This document shows positions 54,301 through 61,735 of a stretch of 64,000 bases of DNA, in pieces. Position 1 is the stretch's first letter, and every line of letters begins with the position of its first letter. The stretch lies in IMG/VR virus record IMGVR_UViG_3300046660_000716, positions 195,339 to 259,338 of that record; one strand, 5' to 3'. A model generated the notes under the pieces. It saw only the letters and a program-made list of their open reading frames with translations. It was not told where the DNA came from and searched no databases. The translations under genes and the position numbers were made by a program.

Positions 54301-54507
54301 GGTCGTGCTGCCGACCGGGACGTAGCCCACGACCTGAGCCCAGTCGCGGGTGGGGCGGTCGACGGCGATGAAGCCCTGGCCGGCCTTCTGCAGGGCGACC
54401 GTCTCGGCGGCGTCGGCCACCTCCTGCTTCTTCACGGTCAGCGCTCGCGCGAAGTCGACGAGCGAGCGGAGCTCCTCCGAGGAGGTCTGGTCAAGGGTCT
54501 TGAGCAT
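51352..54507 (-). CDS. Large baseplate wedge protein (gp7 / tail protein I-like), 1051 aa
   Basis: LAKSIQKIISVKGTTQVFRDILGLF; real start at MLKTLDQ, with a promoter motif just upstream. Confidence 0.7.
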   Translation of the reverse strand: MLKTLDQTSSEELRSLVDFARALTVKKQEVADAAETVALQKAGQGFIAVDRPTRDWAQVVGYVPVGSTTVETLRGATWVHRPTGSPAAQMAVDTSVSLWEKSVLGNWLNNASGQTRTATDPTWRLFSAPAGDCWVDPVGARSLLPVLVWLDRTTGTTSALGPGSGDFVGETSNGLAHPDGLSDIIAAPQEYVTALVQKALGGMTAQQEAALDAAIASFEEPGPWEDVRQPYFASDGRGNPILDDNGVPAVNPLRVVQVAFRGELNDYYRTIVRDSGISPYVSRNANQFEVIAWKAVPGMTYDDSRRFVAAHTESVRVYKAAFYNEAMEGDPLYFDYCRMFIAWMTINRISDERMDGIGDVDRMSPYDLTNHLYSFGIYQFDDLPIVYRRRLAKSIQKIISVKGTTQVFRDILGLFNLDRDLKIWKHYLVRYFPDTSQILTFPRQAGEGEELHVDMQDQTSLAAATVELLGAQLVALAGPYRSFTASSDGLTLILNRAQGGAGGVSAVSIVETEGGAVVEEGDISTGGTDYGLPEVGFQKVDIDDPAAETTVANLDTSFLADYDEFVSADPTWETTRPDARKLAFSVLQTKYFSMSSAVDTVYNGLSLGVLWGMLKDAQIRGRAGPMLIQGASSLSGVISMNLFEAFVATMTLTLWRFGVDDIIPHGEAGVSRIIAARTDGSAFPNEASLLPYSTVLERVATLPEPLTPQSVATASDNNVATAQRIDVSIDRTGHFADAVGDYDPLRGGEEIRTVPRNEALRRMWDYKFVSDYQTDAFGQLDTYSEWLGEFNPELAAWIKQIDADEDYVNGILSLILLIEDSIESATLNLPAAMGMTDIVMMYAQRLILFFKAYTTDLRSFSTFMLIDRPATETVRLMNLLAGMKATWSRDDALDQMKDLYSMIARWSYDEGSPESLLSDALAIFARLQQQDIAEILDLAKLRARDEVNDPAAVMRDAFAITTSFARRDAVTVHTRAQRAGDVVVTGTEPDEDGLFLPFISPETNPDLTPGEISDEDSSGLESVVVTPYTRQEPLEKPRTQGLGEGVRITID

Positions 54508-54531
54508 TTTGTGTGCATTTCTAGGGTGGAC

Positions 54532-54543
54532 TAGCTGACTGTT
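54532..54543 (-). promoter_or_regulatory. Putative late promoter AACAgtcagcTA
   Basis: Motif match 24 nt upstream of the wedge ATG. Confidence 0.7.
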
Positions 54544-54566
54544 CCGATCGCAAAAACCCGCGGGCG

Positions 54567-54578
54567 AACAGCGCCTTA
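54567..54578 (+). promoter_or_regulatory. Putative late promoter AACAgcgcctTA
   Basis: Motif match 25 nt upstream of ATG 54604; divergent partner of 54532. Confidence 0.7.
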
Positions 54579-54603
54579 TTCCATCAACTACCGGCATCCG
54601 ACA

Positions 54604-55389
54604 ATGGCCACCCGCAACAAGCCCCCGAAAAAATCCGCCGCACCCGACGCCGGCACCCAGGTCGCGGTGCCGCCGCCGGCCGTTCCCCTGGAGGTGGCCA
54701 CCGGCCTCGAGGCCATCAGGCTGTACGGCGACCGCGACGCGGAGCTCTACCTGTCCCTGGAGGCCGGCTTCTTCCAGGAGGCGTTCATGACCGACCGCAT
54801 CGTGACGGCGGAGGAGTCGGTCCGCTTCATCAAGAAGATCGAGACGCTGATCCGCACCTCGCCGGAGTACAGCCGCTGGGTGAGCCACCTGCGCATCGAC
54901 CTCGGCATGAACCACTGCTCGTTCATGAGCGGCCTGGACATGTCCGGCGGCGAGATCGGCCTGGAGATGCACCACTGCCCGCTGACGCTCTACACCCTGG
55001 TGGAGACCGTCATCAACCACCGCCTGGCGCGCGGGCAGGCCGTGACGTCCATGACCGTGGCCGACGAGGTCATGCAGATGCACTTCGAGGACAAGGTCGG
55101 AGTCGTGCCGCTCGCCAGCTCGATCCACAAACTGGTGCACAACGGCACGCTGCACATCCACCCGAGTCAAGTCCACGGCGACTGGATCGGATTCCTGCGC
55201 GACTACTCGGACGGCGTGTCCGAGGAGCTGGTGGCCGCCGTGCTGCGGTTCGTCGAGACGACCGAGGAGCAGGTTGTCGCGTCCGCGCAGAAGGTCGACG
55301 CCACGGCCGCACTGCCGCGCCTGCGGGCCGACACGCACGTCCCGAGCCGCGAGGAGGTCAGCCTCCTGCTCATGGCGCCGGCCGGCTGA
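54604..55389 (+). CDS. HNH-like (His-rich) protein, paralog A
   Basis: FIKKIETLIRTSPEY...LEMHHCPLTLY...VVPLASSIHKLVHNG; aligns with 56537..57262. Confidence 0.65.
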   Translation: MATRNKPPKKSAAPDAGTQVAVPPPAVPLEVATGLEAIRLYGDRDAELYLSLEAGFFQEAFMTDRIVTAEESVRFIKKIETLIRTSPEYSRWVSHLRIDLGMNHCSFMSGLDMSGGEIGLEMHHCPLTLYTLVETVINHRLARGQAVTSMTVADEVMQMHFEDKVGVVPLASSIHKLVHNGTLHIHPSQVHGDWIGFLRDYSDGVSEELVAAVLRFVETTEEQVVASAQKVDATAALPRLRADTHVPSREEVSLLLMAPAG

Positions 55390-55393
55390 CGGC

Positions 55394-55423
55394 AAAAAAA
55401 AAAGAAGCCCGGAGGCTTCTTTT
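55394..55423. terminator. Bidirectional terminator
   Basis: A-run, then AAAAGAAGCC-CGGA-GGCTTCTTTT, between convergent genes. Confidence 0.85.
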
Positions 55424-55429
55424 GCAGTG

Positions 55430-55879
55430 TTACGGCTGCGCGTCCGCCTCGGCAGGCGCGGCTGGGGCGCTCGCCGGATCGGCCGCGTCCGCCTTCTTGA
55501 GCGGGACGAAGCGCTGGCCGAACGCCCTGGCGCGCTCCTCCAGACGGCCCACCATGCGAGCGCCCATGCGGAAGACCGGGAACAGCGCGATGGCTATCTC
55601 GATCAGCATCGTGTAGTACTCGGTCACAAAGTCCATGGCATCCCTGATGGCATCCGGGTTCACCCAGATGCTCAGGGTGCCGTCCTCGCCGATTGTCAGG
55701 CGCACCTCGTTGGAGTTCACAACGTCGCCGACCTTGGTGACGTCGATAGGCTTGGCGGCGAATTCATCCATCGTCTTGCGGACGCCGCCGGTGCCAGGGA
55801 TGTCGCCCAGGAGGGCCGAGATCTTCTTGATTTGGTCGCGTGCTGCTTTTTGCTCGCTGGCGTCGAATTGAATCAGCAT
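55430..55879 (-). CDS. Hypothetical protein
   Basis: AAGGAG RBS, 149 aa. Confidence 0.7.
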   Translation of the reverse strand: MLIQFDASEQKAARDQIKKISALLGDIPGTGGVRKTMDEFAAKPIDVTKVGDVVNSNEVRLTIGEDGTLSIWVNPDAIRDAMDFVTEYYTMLIEIAIALFPVFRMGARMVGRLEERARAFGQRFVPLKKADAADPASAPAAPAEADAQP

Positions 55880-55978
55880 GGTTCATTACTCCTTCGGTTG
55901 GTTGTGGGTACCGGAGAGCGCGCATTGCTCTCTGATCGAAAGAATTTTAAGCGACCGTCCGAGGAGGCTCTCGCGCCG

Positions 55979-56005
55979 CAAAAAAAGAGAGGCCGCAGCC
56001 TCTCT
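55979..56005 (-). terminator. Rho-independent terminator (minus strand)
   Basis: AGAGAGGC-CGCA-GCCTCTCT with an adjacent A-run (U-tract on minus). Confidence 0.75.
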
Positions 56006-56010
56006 CGCAA

Positions 56011-56424
56011 TCACAGGTAGGCCACCCGGCCGTTGTCCACGCGACCCATGCACGCGGACACCCACCCGGTGGTCTTATTCCATGCGACGGGGCGACCCGC
56101 CGCGAGAGCGGACTTTCCCATGCGGGCGGCCTCACCGAACCCCAGGACTCGTTTCGCCTTTTCGCGGCCAACGCCGGCCTGGTTGGCATCGGCGGTGGCG
56201 ACGCAGACGAGCGTGCCGCACTCGATCCGCGCCAGCCCGAACGAGCCGGCGCAGTCGGCCCGCTCCACCAGGAACATCGGCACCCCGGACGCTGCGTCCC
56301 GCGTGTCGATTACGAAGACGCTCGCCCAATCGGACGTGTCCAGCTCCCCGAACCTGCACGCAACGACCTGGCCGAGCAGGGATTTGGGGTCGGCCGCTTT
56401 TACAGTATCCAGCTTGATGCTCAT
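56011..56424 (-). CDS. Hypothetical protein
   Basis: AGGAGG RBS, 137 aa. Confidence 0.7.
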   Translation of the reverse strand: MSIKLDTVKAADPKSLLGQVVACRFGELDTSDWASVFVIDTRDAASGVPMFLVERADCAGSFGLARIECGTLVCVATADANQAGVGREKAKRVLGFGEAARMGKSALAAGRPVAWNKTTGWVSACMGRVDNGRVAYL

Positions 56425-56495
56425 CGATTTCCTCCTGAAGTTTGAGTCTCCAGGGCGGCGCCGTGGCGAGGATTCGCCCGATCACGCTGCCCGAT

Positions 56496-56507
56496 CAGCC
56501 TCATGTT
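56496..56507 (-). promoter_or_regulatory. Putative late promoter AACAtgaggcTG
   Basis: Intergenic motif match upstream of the 137-aa gene. Confidence 0.55.
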
Positions 56508-56536
56508 AAGATAGCAACCTATAGGACCCACACGCC

Positions 56537-57262
56537 ATGGAAGCACAGATGCAAGACGAGTCGCAGACCGCGCTGGCGGCGACTCCCCTGAGCAACGAGG
56601 AGCTGAACGTCGCCCTCATCACGAACTACGGCGAGCCGACCTTCTACGGCGACGCCCTGTTCGACACCAAGGCCCGAACCGCCTTCATCAAGGGCATCGT
56701 GTCCACGGTGCGCAAGTGCCCGGAGTACGCCCGCTACCGGACGTTCATCCTGGAGAACCTGGACATGAGCACGTGCTCGATCCTGTCCAATCTCACGCCC
56801 GAGGAGGTCTCCGCCGCCGGCCTGGAGATCCATCACGCGCCGCTGGCGCTCTACGACATCGTGGAGCTGGTGCTGGGGCAGATGCAGGTAGACCGCGTGC
56901 GCCTGACCACCTTCGCCGTGGCCAACCGCGTGATGGCGTACCACTGGAAGGGCATGGTCGGGCTGGTGCCGCTGGTGCAGATGCTGCACGAGGCCGTACA
57001 CGCCGGCCAGCTGCACGTCGATCCGCGGTCCATCTTCGGCAACTGGCAGGGCCTCATCGACGAGAACCGCGCCGGGCTCACCGAACATCTGGCTGACAAG
57101 ATCCGCGCCATCGCCCTGTCCTGGGACTCGGACGCTGCCAAAGAGCAGAACGCCAAGGCCCTGAAGATCAACCTGCAGCGTTGGACCGCCATCCCGGTCA
57201 CGCGCGCCAACCTGCTGGCGCCCCCGACCGAGGCGCCGCTGCCGTCCGAGGAGGCACTGTGA
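56537..57262 (+). CDS. HNH-like (His-rich) protein, paralog B
   Basis: FIKGIVSTVRKCPEY...LEIHHAPLALY...LVPLVQMLHEAVHAG. Confidence 0.65.
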   Translation: MEAQMQDESQTALAATPLSNEELNVALITNYGEPTFYGDALFDTKARTAFIKGIVSTVRKCPEYARYRTFILENLDMSTCSILSNLTPEEVSAAGLEIHHAPLALYDIVELVLGQMQVDRVRLTTFAVANRVMAYHWKGMVGLVPLVQMLHEAVHAGQLHVDPRSIFGNWQGLIDENRAGLTEHLADKIRAIALSWDSDAAKEQNAKALKINLQRWTAIPVTRANLLAPPTEAPLPSEEAL

Positions 57263-57768
57263 CCGACATCCGCCAGAAGTCCCCAGCCCAGGCGATCGCC
57301 GAGGCGCTGGTAGAAAAGGGCATCCTGACGACCGACCGCCTGGAGGAGGCCCTCGCTCTCATCTCGCCGCTCATCCCCAAGAGCGGCGCGCACGCGTTCA
57401 CCGCCGACTCGGACTTCCTCACGTCCAGCATCGAGCACCACGTCAGGGTCTACTTCAAGACCGTGATGGAGCCGGCCGCCATGTCGCACCACGCGGCCAA
57501 GCAGACCGGCCGCCAGATGACGGACAAGGAGATCACTGACGCGTCGGTCGAGCTCACCGTGCTGGTGATGAAGGAGCTCGGCAAGCCGTACCAGCAGCAC
57601 ATGGAGCGGTACTTCGGCGGCGACGAGGGGTGCGCGGCCTTCGTCTACTCCAGGGTCCACGCCAAGCTGCTCATCGCGGCGCAGGACCACAACGACGGGT
57701 ACCTGACGCGCATCGCGCAGGCGCAGAGCTCCAAGCGCACGGCGGCCGCCGTGGCAGAAAAAACGTGA
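57259..57768 (+). CDS. Hypothetical protein
   Basis: GAGG RBS + GTG overlapping the upstream stop; 169 aa. Confidence 0.7.
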   Translation: MTDIRQKSPAQAIAEALVEKGILTTDRLEEALALISPLIPKSGAHAFTADSDFLTSSIEHHVRVYFKTVMEPAAMSHHAAKQTGRQMTDKEITDASVELTVLVMKELGKPYQQHMERYFGGDEGCAAFVYSRVHAKLLIAAQDHNDGYLTRIAQAQSSKRTAAAVAEKT

Positions 57769-57773
57769 AGGAA

Positions 57774-57796
57774 GCCCATGCCCGCGGGGCATGGGC
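57774..57796. terminator. Hairpin GCCCATGCCC-GCG-GGGCATGGGC
   Basis: Same arms as 47608; between convergent genes. Confidence 0.75.
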
Positions 57797-57802
57797 GGTT
57801 CC

Positions 57803-58375
57803 TTACATGTAGGCGCTCACCATCTCGTTGATGGTGGCGTCGCTGGTCTCGCCGCTGGGGCTGAAGGCCCAGGTGGCGCCGTTGCGCTCCAGGCGGCCGA
57901 TGTGCAGGATCGCCTTGTTGGGATACGACGACACGGAGTACTCCTGGATGGTCGCGCCCGACTCGGTCGCCAGGACGAACTTCGCGTCCGCCATCATGCC
58001 GAAGTGCTGGCGGCGCTCGGCGGCTTCGTGGATGCAGACGTACAGGTCCACGCCCGTGCGCTCGGCCGGCACCTTGCCGAGGACGATGTCGATGTGCTCG
58101 CCGTCGCCGCCGCCGGTGCGGTTGTCCGCCGGCAGGACGATCGAGCCGTTGTCGTAGGACATGTTGTGGAAGTACACGATGTCCTGCGGGCCGCGGATCT
58201 TCTCGCCGGTCAGGACGATGGCGAACAGGTCCAGGTCGAAGCCCTTGGACAGGTCGGCGCCGTGGACCGGGTGCTCGGTCCAGCTCAGCGAGGCGCGCAG
58301 GGTGGTCAGGCTCGGCGCCTCCTTGTGCAGGTCCAGCAGGGGCGCGTTCTTGCTCAGGTTCAGGGTGATGCTCAT
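57803..58375 (-). CDS. terD: TerD-family stress protein
   Basis: FDLDLFA, IVYFHN, DNRTGGGDGE.I, IHEAAERRQHFG. Confidence 0.9.
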   Translation of the reverse strand: MSITLNLSKNAPLLDLHKEAPSLTTLRASLSWTEHPVHGADLSKGFDLDLFAIVLTGEKIRGPQDIVYFHNMSYDNGSIVLPADNRTGGGDGEHIDIVLGKVPAERTGVDLYVCIHEAAERRQHFGMMADAKFVLATESGATIQEYSVSSYPNKAILHIGRLERNGATWAFSPSGETSDATINEMVSAYM

Positions 58376-58397
58376 GCGTTCTCCTTCGTTGTTGGGA

Positions 58398-58586
58398 TTA
58401 GTACAGCGTGAATTCGCTGGTTCCGTCGGCCCTCGTGTGGCCGCGGCCGACGAGCTCCTTGTTGGGCTCGGCGACCTTCTCGCACCCGTGGACCGCGATG
58501 CTCACGCCCATCGTGAGGCGAGCCTGGTACGGGATGCGGTCCAGCATGGCGTAGAGGTCCTGGGCCGTCACGACCAGCCCCTCCAC
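58398..58586 (-). CDS. Small hypothetical protein
   Basis: Fills the gap in the Ter operon; start uncertain. Confidence 0.4.
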   Translation of the reverse strand: MEGLVVTAQDLYAMLDRIPYQARLTMGVSIAVHGCEKVAEPNKELVGRGHTRADGTSEFTLY

Positions 58587-58621
58587 AACGGTGCCGCTTA
58601 CTGTGGTGGAGCCGGCCGTGA

Positions 58622-60490
58622 TCAGTCCGGAATGACGCGGATGGTGGCGATGCCCACGCCGCGTCGCACGACCTGCACGCCGCTATCCGCGGTGAGCTGC
58701 GCCAGCACCTCGGGGTCGACCTCGGACTCCTCGCTGGCCGTCGAGATGACCTGGTGGTCGCTCGGCGCCGGCTGCTCATGCGGGTCGGCGAAGGCGCGGA
58801 CGGCCGCGGTGACGCGCGTCAGCAGGCTGGGGTGCCCCAGGGCCTCGGCGGTCTCGGCCGGGGTCGCCAGCGACTGCACCGCCGGAACGCGGTTCTTCAC
58901 CTCCGTGATCGTCTCCGCGACGAGGTGGGAGCATCGGCCGCACAGCGTATTCGGATCGGTGTAGGCCGGAATATCGACCTCAGCGCACGCGTTCACCAGT
59001 GGAGTGACGGACGCCGTGATGCCTGGTTTGCCGGCTTCGACTGCGCGGGCTACTGCACCATCGTCCATGCGTGCCGAGCGGCGCGGACCAGCGGTCAGCA
59101 TGTTGCCGAGGCGCTCCATCACGCCCATCGCGTCGTCTTTCTTCACGAGCATGGCAGGCCAACCCGATACCGACACAGTGGCGTAGCCGGGAGGCGCCGC
59201 GTCCGCCGCATCGCGCGCACTGGCGATGTCGGGAGCAACTTCGCTGCCGCCATGCGAGACCATGATGGAGTGCACGTCGGAAAGGACTTCGGTTGGTTGA
59301 CCGATGTCGTTTTGATCCGAGGTGCGGCGTTGTGGTTCACCGAATGCCTTGTGGAAGTCATCGGCCGAGCGCATCATCTGGATACCGCCCGGCGTGGCGC
59401 CGATCGCGGCGCGCGACAGGTCGATTTCGCTCACCGCCACATCAGTCGCAGTGTATGCGTGGCGGCGGTTGTCGATGATCGAGTGCGCCAGAGCGCCCAG
59501 GATGATCACGATGCTGGAGCCGGCAACCATCCACTCGGGGACGTGGACGACCGCGCCCGCAAACATGAACACGCTCAGCGCGCCGATCGCCCAGAAGGCG
59601 CCGTGCTCCAGGTAGCGGTACTCGTTCAGCGTGCCCTGGTCGACCATCATGACGGTCATGCTCCGGACGAACAGCGCGCCGATGCCCAGGCCGCACATGA
59701 CCACGATCACGTCGTTGCTGATCGCGAACGCCGCGATCACGCCGTCGAAGCTGAAGCTGGCGTCCAGCACCTCCAGGTAGATGAAGGTGCCCAGGCCGCC
59801 GGCCAGGAACTTGAACGCGCCGTTCGCCAGCGCGGCGTCGAACTGCTCGAGAACTTTCTTGAGGAAGTCGACCGAGATGTACACCATGATGCCGACGAAC
59901 GCCGCGTTGAAGAACGGGTCGCCGTGCTCCTTGCCCATCAGGGTGGAGACGAAGTAGGATGCGGCGCTGGTGACGATCACGTCGAACGCCAGGATGTACT
60001 CGCCGCCCATCTGCAGCAGGCGCTCGACGCCCGGCAGCCAGTGGTCCTCCTTCCCGCCGTCGATGAAGTATCCCAGCGCGACCATCATCAGGAAGCCGCC
60101 GCCGAAGCCGGCCACGATGTGGTGGGAGCTGATCAGGATATTGGCGAACTGGGCGTGGTCGTGCATCGCCAGGTCGATCGCGTGGCCGATCGGCACCCCG
60201 CCGATGATCGACACGATCTGGATCGGGAAGTACAGGCGCATGAAGCCCACCGCGACCAGCATGCCGACGGTCAGGAAGACGCGCCGCCACAGCTTGGTGA
60301 CGTGCTGCAGGTGCGCCGCGTTGACGATGGCGTTATCGAAGCTGACCGCGATCTCGACGACGGTCAGCGTGGCCGCGGCCAGCAGGGCCTGGGCGGAGCC
60401 GGTGAAGGCGTAGAGGGCTGCGAAGGCGATCGCCATGACGATGATGCTGCCGCCGAAGTGGCGCATCGTGGAGCGGAGGAAGGCAATCAT
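58622..60490 (-). CDS. DUF475 / TerC-like integral membrane protein with a long C-terminal extension
   Basis: VEIAVSFDNAIVNA, GMLVAVGFMRLYFP, YLEVLDASFSFDGVIAAFA, EYRYLEHGAFWAIGAL; start MIAFLR at 60490; about 280 extra aa. Confidence 0.85.
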   Translation of the reverse strand: MIAFLRSTMRHFGGSIIVMAIAFAALYAFTGSAQALLAAATLTVVEIAVSFDNAIVNAAHLQHVTKLWRRVFLTVGMLVAVGFMRLYFPIQIVSIIGGVPIGHAIDLAMHDHAQFANILISSHHIVAGFGGGFLMMVALGYFIDGGKEDHWLPGVERLLQMGGEYILAFDVIVTSAASYFVSTLMGKEHGDPFFNAAFVGIMVYISVDFLKKVLEQFDAALANGAFKFLAGGLGTFIYLEVLDASFSFDGVIAAFAISNDVIVVMCGLGIGALFVRSMTVMMVDQGTLNEYRYLEHGAFWAIGALSVFMFAGAVVHVPEWMVAGSSIVIILGALAHSIIDNRRHAYTATDVAVSEIDLSRAAIGATPGGIQMMRSADDFHKAFGEPQRRTSDQNDIGQPTEVLSDVHSIMVSHGGSEVAPDIASARDAADAAPPGYATVSVSGWPAMLVKKDDAMGVMERLGNMLTAGPRRSARMDDGAVARAVEAGKPGITASVTPLVNACAEVDIPAYTDPNTLCGRCSHLVAETITEVKNRVPAVQSLATPAETAEALGHPSLLTRVTAAVRAFADPHEQPAPSDHQVISTASEESEVDPEVLAQLTADSGVQVVRRGVGIATIRVIPD

Positions 60491-61224
60491 TGGAGTCCTT
60501 GTACGTGTGGGTTGGCGAGGCCGTTGGCGGTGAGCCACGCGACGAACTTGTCGTTGCAGATGGCCTCGTACATGCTGTTGGGCGTGAGGTCGTTCGGGTT
60601 CGGGATGTTGAAGAAGGCCACGTTGTCGTACAGGCGGGCCACGCGGGTCAGGTAGTCGGTGTCGACGCTGCCGCCGATGCCGAAGATCTGGATGAAGCTG
60701 CGGGTGCCGGACACGCGCTCGAGCTCCTTCTCGAAGGCCTTGCGGTCGTCGTTCTGGCCATCGGTGCCCATCGCCATGTAGATCGGCGCCGGCGGCGTGG
60801 TCACGGCGCCGAGGATCTTGCTGAAGATGCCGCGCACGCCGCCGGACGGGATCATGCTGGCGATCGTCGGGGCGAAGCGCGTGCCGCCGTCCGCCTTGAT
60901 GCCGTGGCGCTGGATGTACACGCCCGCGTCGTCCAGCGTCGCGTTCGGGTACTCCTTGTGGCCGGTATTGAAGAAGCCGGCCTCCAGCTCGCCGTCGTCG
61001 TCGAAGCGCATCGCGGCCGCCAGGAACAGGTCGAACACGTTCTGCACCCATCCATTGCGGAACAGGCCTTCCATGGACGTGGACCGGTCCATGCCCAGCT
61101 TGGTGCGCATCACCAGGTTCTCTGGCAGGCCGACCTTGCGCAGGTTCAGCTCGAAGGTCTTCTTCAGATCGAGCACGATGTCCTTCTTGCTCAGGTTCAG
61201 GCTCAGTACATTTCCGTCAGCCAT
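60487..61224 (-). CDS. Ter-associated vWA domain protein (vWA-TerF-like)
   Basis: MIDAS DRSTS, AMRFDDDGEL, GGTRFAP, TDGQNDD, FIQIFGIG. Confidence 0.85.
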   Translation of the reverse strand: MADGNVLSLNLSKKDIVLDLKKTFELNLRKVGLPENLVMRTKLGMDRSTSMEGLFRNGWVQNVFDLFLAAAMRFDDDGELEAGFFNTGHKEYPNATLDDAGVYIQRHGIKADGGTRFAPTIASMIPSGGVRGIFSKILGAVTTPPAPIYMAMGTDGQNDDRKAFEKELERVSGTRSFIQIFGIGGSVDTDYLTRVARLYDNVAFFNIPNPNDLTPNSMYEAICNDKFVAWLTANGLANPHVQGLQ

Positions 61225-61732
61225 TGTTGCTTCCTTTGTTTTCTATGAGGTTGAATTCGCCGAGGATGGCGATGGCGCCGTCCTTGACCATCGCCATGGT
61301 GGTCGGCCCGGAGTGGACCACCTGGCAGTACTTGCTGGCTCCCCACCAGCTGTGAAACTTCGCATCGACGATCTCCATCGGGATCTTGCGAGGCTTCTCC
61401 GCGAGGGCCTTCCAGCGGTCGCGGTCGGCCACCATCTCGTCGTAGACCTTGCGGTCGACGGACGCTACGTAGAACTTGTCGCGCGTGGTCGAGAGCGCGG
61501 CGACGGCGGCCAGGTTGGCCCCGACCACCATGCCGAGGCGCGCGTGCAGGGCCGAGGCCTGGGCGTCGTCCAGGTACAGGTTGGTGAACTCGTGGGGACC
61601 GTTGCGGATGGAGAGCGCCGTCACCAGCACGCTCCGGTCGTCGAAGCCCTTCTCGTGGCAGCGTATGCAGCCGAGGCAGTTGCGGTCGTGGACCCCGATC
61701 GAGTCCACGATGACGTTGCGGTCGGTCGTCAT
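61217..61732 (-). CDS. Hypothetical protein
   Basis: 171 aa, CxxCxxC near the N-terminus, inside the Ter operon. Confidence 0.65.
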   Translation of the reverse strand: MTTDRNVIVDSIGVHDRNCLGCIRCHEKGFDDRSVLVTALSIRNGPHEFTNLYLDDAQASALHARLGMVVGANLAAVAALSTTRDKFYVASVDRKVYDEMVADRDRWKALAEKPRKIPMEIVDAKFHSWWGASKYCQVVHSGPTTMAMVKDGAIAILGEFNLIENKGSNNG

Positions 61733-61735
61733 GGC

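Noticed and set aside
54508-55395. N-terminal 296 aa of the 1347-aa track ORF (and similar extensions of 58622..61051 and 47649..49202)
   Set aside because: The extensions overlap real genes (HNH-like paralog A, vWA, SUKH). Better starts exist at 54507, 60490 and 48917, supported by a promoter motif, RBS or translational coupling.
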